The notes under the pieces were generated by a model. That model did not search any database. It was not told the origin of the DNA and worked only from the letters and a program-made list of their open reading frames with translations. DNA of 62,434 bases, filler included, from assembly GCA_964501035.1 (NCBI GenBank). It is 31 parts of 31 records of this genome, joined end to end, with 100 filler letters (N's around TTAATTAATTAA, not from the genome) between each part and the next. Parts side by side here need not be neighbours in the genome. Positions count along the whole stretch, not along the records: positions 52,185 to 53,856 come from CAZCRK010000155.1; positions 53,957 to 55,611 come from CAZCRK010000156.1; positions 55,712 to 57,343 come from CAZCRK010000157.1; positions 57,444 to 59,066 come from CAZCRK010000158.1; positions 59,167 to 60,751 come from CAZCRK010000159.1; positions 60,852 to 62,434 come from CAZCRK010000160.1; 25 more parts are not named here. One strand, written 5' to 3'. How positions within the stretch are numbered: position 1 is the first letter of the stretch; each line of letters begins with the position of its first letter. The position numbers were made by a program, and so were the translations under genes. This document shows, in pieces, positions 53,844 through 62,434 of the stretch.

Positions 53844-53956
53844 ACCCAAATCTACANNNNNNNNNNNNNNNNNNNNNNNNNNNNNNNNNNNNNNNNNNNN
53901 TTAATTAATTAANNNNNNNNNNNNNNNNNNNNNNNNNNNNNNNNNNNNNNNNNNNN

Positions 53957-54531
53957 CATCACCAGTTATGATTAATGATATGGGCCGGAATGCAAAGATG
54001 ATGAAATGGGGACTTATTCCAAATTGGGCAACTGATGCCTCAATAGGCTCTAAACTTATAAATGCACGTTCAGAAACATTATTAGAAAAACCCTCATTTA
54101 AAAATCTTGTTTCCAATCAGCGTTGTATAGTACTTAGCGATGGATATTTTGAATGGAAACGTTCAAATTCCAGAGCGATCCCTTATTACATTTATCATCC
54201 AAATAATAAAATTTTACCAATGGCTGGACTATGGGATTTTTGGAAAAATAATTCTGGAGAAAACATATTTAGTTATACAATTATAACAACTCAAGCTAAT
54301 TCAAATCTGAAAGATATACATCATCGAATGCCTGTAATTTTGGATCTGAAACAAATTGATCCATGGCTAAAAGTACATAATATATCACTTGCGTATACCT
54401 TGAGTCTTTTAGTCCCGTTTGAAAATGATTTACATTTTCACCAAGTTTCAACTATTGTCAATTCACCAAGAAATAACAGGATCGATTGTATTCGACCAAT
54501 TGAAAATTCTGATAATTTATCTTTGTTTTAA
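53957..54531 (+). CDS. SOS response-associated peptidase SRAP/HMCES (YedK family; 5'-truncated)
   Basis: MKWGLIP.W, LINARSET, RC...DGYFEW, AGLW, IHHRMPVIL, VNSPRN. Confidence 0.93.
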
Positions 54532-54741
54532 ACAAATCATAAACATTGTATAAAATATAAATTTATACTTGACGTTTATAGATCAAACAGACCAATTTGT
54601 TAACGGTCCAACGACACAAATTTTATGAGTTTGTTTAGAAAAATATTAATTATTCATTTTCAAAATATTCCCACATAATATATTGAAAATGAAAACCCTC
54701 GGATCAAAAATTACTAATCAATCACAATCAAGGAGAGCGAC

Positions 54742-55611
54742 ATGAGAAAATTCTCACAAGTTCTATTGTTTGTTATTCTACCTACATTTATTTTTGCTCA
54801 AAATACTGTTTCTGGAACAGTGTCAGATGCATCAACTGGTGATGCTTTACCAGGTGCAAATGTTGTGTTAGAAGGAACAAGCATGGGTGCTGCAGCCAGT
54901 TCAGATGGTACTTACTCCATCTCAAATGTACCTGCAGGATCCTATACTGTTACAGCCTCGGTAATCGGTTATGCCAATACAAGCAAAACCGTGAATGTTA
55001 GTGGTGATGTTACAGTGAATCTCGCTTTATCCGTTTCTGCTTTAGAATTATCTGCTCTAGAAGTTCTTGCTTCTCGCGCTGGTGAAAGAACACCTGTTGC
55101 ATATACAAATGTAAGCAAAGCTGAAATGGAAGCCCGTCTTGGCTCACAAGATATTCCAATGATATTAAATACCACACCTAGTGTTTATGCAACTCAACAA
55201 GGTGGTGGTGCTGGTGATGCCCGTATCAATGTTCGAGGTTTTAATCAGCGAAATGTTGCCGTAATGATCAATGGTGTCCCACAAAATGATATGGAAAACG
55301 GTTGGGTATATTGGTCTAACTGGGATGGTGTTGGCGATGCTACATCTTCCATTCAGATGCAACGCGGTCTTTCAGCTGTAAACCTCGCTACCCCTTCCAT
55401 TGGCGGAACCATGAATATCATTACTGACCCCACTGCTTTAAAGCGGGGCGGAAAATTCAAACAGGAGTTGGGTTCTGGTAGTTTTTTGAAATCAACATTT
55501 AACTACAATACTGGACTCATTGGCGAAAAAATGGCATTTAGCGCAACTGTTGTTCGTAAAACAGGTGAAGGAATTATTGACAAAACATGGACAGATGCTT
55601 GGTCTTACTAT
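54742..55611 (+). CDS. TonB-dependent receptor, N-terminus (3'-truncated)
   Basis: AGGAG RBS; CarboxypepD_reg domain; plug GDARINVRGFNQRNVAVMINGVP.NDMENGWVYWSNW. Confidence 0.92.
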
Positions 55612-55712
55612 NNNNNNNNNNNNNNNNNNNNNNNNNNNNNNNNNNNNNNNNNNNNTTAATTAATTAANNNNNNNNNNNNNNNNNNNNNNNNNNNNNNNNN
55701 NNNNNNNNNNNC

Positions 55713-56870
55713 ACAACATTAGACCCAACCGAACCGGAAGACTATGAATATTTGATTAATTTAATTTTGGATTATCGATCTGAAAATGGTCCAAATGTTT
55801 TTCGAATACCGGAAGATACAACATCAATTCAAGGTGGGATTGAATGGGCAGAAAATGGTGACGTAGTTCTTGTCAGTCCGGGCATCTATCAGGAACAAAT
55901 TGATTTTCTGGATAAAAATATTACCGTCGCTTCCCTGCTATATTCCGGCTTTGATCAAAGCATGGTTTCTGAAACCATTCTTGATGGGGAATATGAAGGG
56001 ACAGTTGTTACAATTAGTGGTGGGCAAAACCACTCTGCAATTCTTTTAGGGCTCACGATTGAGAATGGTTATGGAAGTCAAACAGGTGGTGGTATTCTGA
56101 TTGAAAATTCGAGCCCCATAATTGATAACAATATAATACGAAATAATAATGCTGGGGATTGTGGGGGAGAAGGAGCCGGATTGGCGATTTGGAGTGGATC
56201 ACAGCCTTTAATTATTAGGAATAAATTTTATGAAAATGTAGTCTCCGGTGTGTGTGATTGCATTTGTTATTTTGGTGGCGGAATCTATGTGGACTCCACA
56301 GCGTTCCCTATTATTGGCAGTTCTGAAACTTTGGGTAATGTATTTTTTGAAAATTATGCTGATTATGGTATTGACCTCTTTAGGTATCCGCCAATAGATA
56401 CTACCGATTGGACTCCTATTTTTGCTCACCACAATACTTTTGAAAATTGCCCTCCTGATTATGTTGATCATGTTTTTCCACAGAATGGCTGGGATCTAGC
56501 AAATTGCCACACATTATTATCTGTTGATGAAGATCAGTATGTGATTACAAATGGTTTTTATTTATTTCCAAATTATCCGAATCCGTTTAATCCAACTACC
56601 ACAATAAGGTTCGATTTAGTAGAAAAACAACATTCATCGTCTCCTAGCCTGCATTTTGTTAATGACGATCAGGCTCTCAACAATCATACGGTATCTTTGC
56701 ATGCATTAGATATAACCGGCCGTCTTGTGGAAACACTGATTGATCAAAAACTTTTTTCCGGTATTCATGAAATTCAATGGAATGCATCCAATTATCCCAG
56801 CGGTATATATTTTATCCAATTACAATTCGGTGAATTCACCCAAACCCAAAAGGCGATTCTTGTTAAATAG
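55713..56870 (+). CDS. Secreted beta-helix (DUF1565-like) protein with T9SS-type C-terminal domain (5'-truncated)
   Basis: IPED..SIQ.GI....GD.VLV.PGIY.E; GGGI repeats; NYPNPFNPTT...SGIYF. Confidence 0.82.
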   Translation, partial: TTLDPTEPEDYEYLINLILDYRSENGPNVFRIPEDTTSIQGGIEWAENGDVVLVSPGIYQEQIDFLDKNITVASLLYSGFDQSMVSETILDGEYEGTVVTISGGQNHSAILLGLTIENGYGSQTGGGILIENSSPIIDNNIIRNNNAGDCGGEGAGLAIWSGSQPLIIRNKFYENVVSGVCDCICYFGGGIYVDSTAFPIIGSSETLGNVFFENYADYGIDLFRYPPIDTTDWTPIFAHHNTFENCPPDYVDHVFPQNGWDLANCHTLLSVDEDQYVITNGFYLFPNYPNPFNPTTTIRFDLVEKQHSSSPSLHFVNDDQALNNHTVSLHALDITGRLVETLIDQKLFSGIHEIQWNASNYPSGIYFIQLQFGEFTQTQKAILVK

Positions 56871-57343
56871 ATTAATATATTTGGGTTTCGCTTTTACATT
56901 CATTTTGGGTTCAGAAAATGTGGAAATGGATACTTTACCATCGCCTATTACATTTGCAGGTACTGATTTTAATCTCGTTGAAAATGGTAATTCGTCGGTC
57001 CATTATATATGGCTCCACGGAGATGAAAAAACGGCGAAAATGGCTTTAGATCATCATATTAGTCATTTTCCGGGGAGAGCGTTTTTTATCCAAAATGATA
57101 ATCGCGAAATTCCATACCTATCAACTATCATTGATCCAAATCGACTTTTTTCACGGAGTGGCTCTTATCATTCGTTAAAAAAATTCAAACCCTATTGGCC
57201 ACCGGGCACATTAAAAAAAGCATTAGATGATATTGATAGGGACCGAATTCGATTTCTGGAAATAATTATGCCAAAGAAGGATGGAATATTAATTTCTGTC
57301 CATAATAATTTCCGTGGTTACAATGTGAAATATGAGTTGAAAT
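56859..57343 (+). CDS. Hypothetical secreted protein, possible M14-like fold (start uncertain, 3'-truncated)
   Basis: WLHGDE.TA, DPNR.F and SVHNN motifs; hydrophobic leader near 56859. Confidence 0.55.
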
Positions 57344-57463
57344 NNNNNNNNNNNNNNNNNNNNNNNNNNNNNNNNNNNNNNNNNNNNTTAATTAATTAAN
57401 NNNNNNNNNNNNNNNNNNNNNNNNNNNNNNNNNNNNNNNNNNNAAGAAAGAAAGAAAATAAGG

Positions 57464-57491
57464 TTGACAAATCGAAATAATATGTTATACT
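57464..57491 (+). promoter_or_regulatory. Sigma70-type phage promoter
   Basis: TTGACA-16 nt-TATACT with extended TG; GGAG RBS follows. Confidence 0.7.
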
Positions 57492-57519
57492 AAATTATAT
57501 AATTTAAACGGAGTATACT

Positions 57520-58176
57520 ATGAAATTAAGTGAACAAACAGTTTCCTTACTCAAGAATTTTGCGAGTATTAATCAGAACATTCAGTTCAAAACAGGAAAC
57601 AAACTTCAAACTATTTCGGCTCAGAAAAACATTCTGGTAGATGCCGAAATCCCCGAATCCTTTCCAAGTGATTTTGCAATCTATGACCTTAATAAGTTAT
57701 TAGGTGTAATGTCACTATTTCAAGATCCAGATTTGGATATTAAGGATAAAACAATGAACATTGGTGGGAAGGTAGATTATATGTTTGCCGATCCTTCAAT
57801 GATTGTTACACCACCAGAAAAGGAACTAGTTTTTCCAGAACCAGAAGTCAAATTTACAATGACTAATGTAGATTTTAATCAAACTATTAAGGCCGCAGCA
57901 ATGTTGGGATTACCTCATATTTGTGTTAGTGGTGATGGGTCTACAATTAGATTAGAGGCAACCGATGTGAATAATTCATCTTCTGATGAATTTAAAACTG
58001 AAGTGGGAACTACTTCTGAAACTTTTAGAATGGTTTTCAAAATTGAAAATCTTAAATTGTTTACTGGTGATTATAATGTTGAAATTACTTCTAAAGGAAT
58101 TTCTAAATTCACACACACCTCAACCAATCTTCAATATTTTATAGCAACGGAATCTGATTCAACTTTTGGAGGCTAA
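57520..58176 (+). CDS. T4-like phage sliding clamp, gp45
   Basis: MKLSEQTVSLLKNFASINQNI...FAIYDLNKLL...YFIATE. Confidence 0.93.
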   Translation: MKLSEQTVSLLKNFASINQNIQFKTGNKLQTISAQKNILVDAEIPESFPSDFAIYDLNKLLGVMSLFQDPDLDIKDKTMNIGGKVDYMFADPSMIVTPPEKELVFPEPEVKFTMTNVDFNQTIKAAAMLGLPHICVSGDGSTIRLEATDVNNSSSDEFKTEVGTTSETFRMVFKIENLKLFTGDYNVEITSKGISKFTHTSTNLQYFIATESDSTFGG

Positions 58177-59066
58177 ATGGAACGTGAAGAATTCCTTTGG
58201 GTGGAAAAGTATAGACCATCTAAAGTAATTGATTGTGTTCTACCAAGTGATCTAGAGGAAACTTTTTCTGAATACGTTGACAAAAATTCAGTACCGAATT
58301 TAATTCTTACAGGTGGCCCAGGCACAGGAAAGACAACTGCTGCAAAGGCTCTTTGTGAGGAAACGAGTACTGATTATTTAATGGTCAATGGTTCAGATGA
58401 GGGTCGTAGTATAGATACTGTTAGAACAACTTTAACACAATTTTGTAGTTCGGTTTCTATGACAGGAAATCGTAAGGCTATCATTATGGATGAGGCCGAC
58501 TACATGAACCCCGATTCGGTTCAACCCGCACTGAGAGGTTTCATTGAAAAATTTGGAAATAATGTTTCTTTTCTTTTTACTTGCAATTATCGTAGTAGGA
58601 TTATTGATCCCATCCATTCTCGTTGTGCTGTCCTCGATTTTATAATTCCCAATAATGAAAAACCAAAGATTGCGGAACGATATCTTGATAGATGTGAAAA
58701 AATATTGGATGGTGAGGGTGTTAAGTATGATAAGAAAGTTTTAATCGAATTGATTATGAAATACTTTCCAGATTTTAGGAGAGTATTAAATGAATTACAA
58801 AGATATTCGGTTTCTGGTGAAATTGATACAGGCATCCTGTCTAGTATCAATGAAATAAATCTCAATGAATTAGTTCATAGTCTTAAAGGTAAAAAATTCT
58901 CTGAAGTGAGAAAGTGGGCTAATCAAAACATTGACCAAGATACAACCAAGATTTTTCGTAAATTGTATGACAATTTGAGTGGTCAGTTAAAACCACAATC
59001 AATTCCTCAGGCGGTATTAATTATCGCAGATTATCAATATAAGTCAGCATTTGTGGCAGACCAAGA
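58177..59066 (+). CDS. T4-like phage clamp loader ATPase, gp44 (3'-truncated)
   Basis: LWVEKYRP, GGPGTGKT, DEAD, HSRC, YQYKSAFVADQ. Confidence 0.93.
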
Positions 59067-59166
59067 NNNNNNNNNNNNNNNNNNNNNNNNNNNNNNNNNN
59101 NNNNNNNNNNTTAATTAATTAANNNNNNNNNNNNNNNNNNNNNNNNNNNNNNNNNNNNNNNNNNNN

Positions 59167-60417
59167 ATAGACCCTTCAAATATTCGACCTTGGACACAAA
59201 GAAGATATTGGTTCAAATGTGATTATGGTCATGAATGGGAATCACAAATGAATTGGAGGGCAAGTGGACAAGGTTGTCCCGATTGTCATAGGTCAACTTC
59301 ATCTATCCAATTATTTATCTACTCTCAATTAGATTACCTTTTTGATAATGTAAAACACTCTGAGGTTGTTCATGGTCAAGAATTAGATATTTTCATTAAA
59401 GACTATGATATTGGTATTGAATATGATGGAAATATCTTCCATAAGGGAAAAAAAGAAGTTGATTTGAATAAAAACAAAGTAATGGAAGATAATGACATTC
59501 TTCTCATTCGTGTAAGAGACCACAGGTTAGATAAACTGACTCCAAAGGATATTCTTTATAAAGGTTTGTATGGAAGAAAGAAGTATAAATCATACCTGAA
59601 AATTGTACATAAAACCCTAAATAGAATCACCAAAGAGATAAAACTAAGTAAGGATAAAGAACAAAAAATCATTAAATATATTGAACTAAATGAACCTAAA
59701 AATCTTGATTTATATAATGAAATGGTTATTCATCTTCCACGACCACCACTTGAAAAATCATTATTAAAAACACACCCCGAAGTAGCTGAAACTTGGGACT
59801 ATGAAAGGAACGACCCATTAACACCTAATATGTATACTTATGGTTCTGAACAGACTATGTGGTGGTTGTGTGAAAAAGGACATTACTACGATATGTCAAT
59901 TAAAAGAAGGACTCGTGGTGAAAATTGTCCTTATTGTGTGAATCAAAGTGGCTCAAGAGCAAGGGTTGGATTTGGAAATGATTTGGAATCTTTATACCCT
60001 GAAATAGTTAAAAAATATTGGGATTTTGACCACAACGAAATTGAACCATCCAAAGTAAGTCCTGGTTCTCATAAGAGGGCATATTTCAAATGTATAGACC
60101 CGAATCCTCCTCATGATAAAGGATGTTATTATGACCAAGAAATTCGAGTCTTTGTTAAACGGGGTGTAAGATGTCCTTATTGTGATGGGAAAAGAACGGG
60201 ATTTGGTAATGATTTACAAACACATCATCCAGAGATAGCGAAGGAGTTCCACCCTACAAAAAATGGGGAGATAACTCCTCAAGATATTCATAGAGGTTCT
60301 GGTACAAAATATTTGTGGTTATGTTCAAAAGGTCATGAATGGAAAACAAGAGTAAGAAACAGAGTACATGGTAAAACTAATTGTCCTACTTGTTACGAAC
60401 TATCAAGAAGGAAATAA
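59167..60417 (+). CDS. Zinc-ribbon repeat (DUF4379-type) protein with PD-(D/E)xK/Vsr-like nuclease domain (5'-truncated)
   Basis: At least four W.C..GH.W...R.....CP.C repeats; ELDIFI....IGIEYDG..FH. Confidence 0.82.
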   Translation: MDPSNIRPWTQRRYWFKCDYGHEWESQMNWRASGQGCPDCHRSTSSIQLFIYSQLDYLFDNVKHSEVVHGQELDIFIKDYDIGIEYDGNIFHKGKKEVDLNKNKVMEDNDILLIRVRDHRLDKLTPKDILYKGLYGRKKYKSYLKIVHKTLNRITKEIKLSKDKEQKIIKYIELNEPKNLDLYNEMVIHLPRPPLEKSLLKTHPEVAETWDYERNDPLTPNMYTYGSEQTMWWLCEKGHYYDMSIKRRTRGENCPYCVNQSGSRARVGFGNDLESLYPEIVKKYWDFDHNEIEPSKVSPGSHKRAYFKCIDPNPPHDKGCYYDQEIRVFVKRGVRCPYCDGKRTGFGNDLQTHHPEIAKEFHPTKNGEITPQDIHRGSGTKYLWLCSKGHEWKTRVRNRVHGKTNCPTCYELSRRK

Positions 60418-60644
60418 ATTGGGTATAATAAAAGTAACAAAGAGTAACTCCAAGCTCACGAAAAGCATGTTAATGGACATCTAAATGAAACGCCTCTGTT
60501 AAGTTACTCCTGTACTGTGTCTTATACTGCGTAGCCGAATATAGAGGGATATATCTTACCCCTGTCCATAAATCAAACTATTATGGAATGTGATTCTAAC
60601 TCATTGTAGTTTATGCGAAGTCAAATAGAATCATAGTATATCAA

Positions 60645-60751
60645 ATGGCATCACTAACATTAAAAGAAATGGAAGAGCATGGGCTACATGACCTTTGTGT
60701 TGATTTATGTAAAAATATAATTAACTCTCAAACTTCTGACGGTTCAGAAAT
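60645..60751 (+). CDS. Possible ORF start of unknown function (truncated)
   Basis: MASLTLKEMEEHGLHDLCVDLCKNIINSQTSDGSE is open to the contig end; no clear RBS. Confidence 0.4.
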
Positions 60752-60851
60752 NNNNNNNNNNNNNNNNNNNNNNNNNNNNNNNNNNNNNNNNNNNNTTAAT
60801 TAATTAANNNNNNNNNNNNNNNNNNNNNNNNNNNNNNNNNNNNNNNNNNNN

Positions 60852-62422
60852 GCTTTAAGACCTATTTTAGCTAGGTCGGTTTTACGTTTTGGAGCTAATG
60901 CACTTATTCCACCAATTTGTATTCCAACAGATGAGAAATTTGCAAATCCACATAATGCATATGTTGATATTATAATTGCTCTTTCTGTTATCAGGCCATC
61001 AGATATGTAATTACTCATAGTTGTGTAGCCAACGAATTCATTGAGAGATACTTTGATTCCAAGTAAGTTTCCAACATAATGCGCTTCATTCCATGGCACA
61101 CCCATAACAAATGCTAATGGTTTTAAAATGGTTCCAAATAAAGTTTGCAAACTACCAGGGAAATATCCAACAAACTCACCGGTTGCAGGAGATAAACCAA
61201 CCCCTGCATATTTCACATATTCACCGTTTAACAATTTTCCATCAATCAATAAATCAATCCAATTCAAAGTAACATCAATCACAGCAATGATAGCAATAAA
61301 TCCAATTAACATTGCGCCAACATTTACAGCAAGTTTTAGTCCATCTGTAATACCATTTGCTGCAGCTTCAACTGCATTACCACCTACCTTTATATCGGGT
61401 AATTCAACATCTCCTGCAGTTTGTGAATGTTCTTTTTCAGGAAAAATTATCTTACCTATCACCAATGCAGCGGGAGCAGACATTACAGATGCTGCAACCA
61501 GATGACCTGCATCAATTCCCATTGAAATAAAGCCAGCTAATACACCACCTGCTATAGTCGCAAATCCGCCGACCATCACAGTCGTAAGTTCAGATTTTGT
61601 CATTCTATCTAGAAATGGTTTGATTAACAAAGGTGCTTCTGTTTGACCAACAAAAATATTTGCTGAACATGAGAGAGTTTCAGCACCACTTGTTCCAATG
61701 GTCCATCTCATAAATTTGCTAATTGCACTAACTACTTTTTGCATTACTCCAAAATAGTAGAGTATACTCATAAACCCACCAAAAAATATAATTGTTGGTA
61801 AGACTTTAAAAGCAAACTGAAAACCAAAACCAGGCCAACCTGCATCGGGTCCTGTAAAGAAATGCGCTCCATTTGCTAAATTCCCAAATAAAAATGTAGC
61901 TCCGTAATCCGATAAACTTAAAAAGTAAGCAATACCATCACTGAAGGAAGTAAATACAACTTTACCGTATAATCCATGTGTGATTAAATAGACAATACCT
62001 GCAATAAAAAAAGCGCTATTTACAAATCGTTGGATATTTTGAACTTTTAAAAATCTTGCATTGAATAATAGGAAAAGGAGCGAGAAAATGATAAAATATC
62101 CGTTAAAACCAGTTAAAATTCCCTCAATATAATAGAATACAACTCCCAAAATGAATGAGGAAACTAAAATTATCACCATGGAAACCCAATTGCTTCCTAA
62201 TTCCTTATCATCCTTTTGGAATAAATACGAAATCAAGAGTAAGCCAAGTATTCCCATCCCAATAAAACTCCAATAATCTTCACGAAGAATTATCATTGCG
62301 AATAGTAACTGAAGTCCAATACCCCAAATAATTGGTTTAAATTTAATATCGTTCCTATGGTACGAAAGACTCCAAGCAATCATTAATAGAGCAAGTAATC
62401 CTATAATGCTAACAAAGTTCAT
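60852..62422 (-). CDS. nupC: CNT-family Na+/H+:nucleoside cotransporter (3'-truncated)
   Basis: FAFKVLPTIIFF, SGAE...ANIFVGQTEAPLLIKP, GGFATIAG, NEFV.Y, YALCGFANFSS.GIQIGG. Confidence 0.93.
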
Positions 62423-62434
62423 TTATTCTCCATA

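Overview
This is not a continuous genome region. It is 31 short contigs (2261 bp falling steadily to 1583 bp) joined by 30 artificial 100-nt linkers (N-run + TTAATTAATTAA + N-run), consistent with the size-sorted tail of a marine metagenome bin, so synteny across linkers means nothing. Most contigs look like an AT-rich marine FCB-type bacterium, probably Marinimicrobia: secreted proteins with YPNPFNP C-terminal domains, dockerins and Cys/Asp-rich repeats, menBACE, TonB receptors and tRNA-Arg. Mixed in are thaumarchaeal-like contigs (Alba, PAC2, ino1, apt, purN), a probably proteobacterial ectoine-hydrolase/GcvT contig and several phage contigs (two different T4-like gp45-gp44 modules, an early-type operon headed by an acyl carrier protein, and a tail-like protein). 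No CRISPR array, rRNA, transposase or reverse transcriptase was found. The best leads are: three copies of a 20-bp palindromic operator around a bacterial TrmB/malQ/TonB locus; tandem genes sharing one leader and signal peptide (cassette-like array); a phage ACP operon under a perfect-consensus promoter; dockerin enzymes alongside cohesin-like repeat proteins; and two structured non-coding elements (47750-47963 and 60442-60633). All taxonomic and family calls come from motif recognition, not from database searches.
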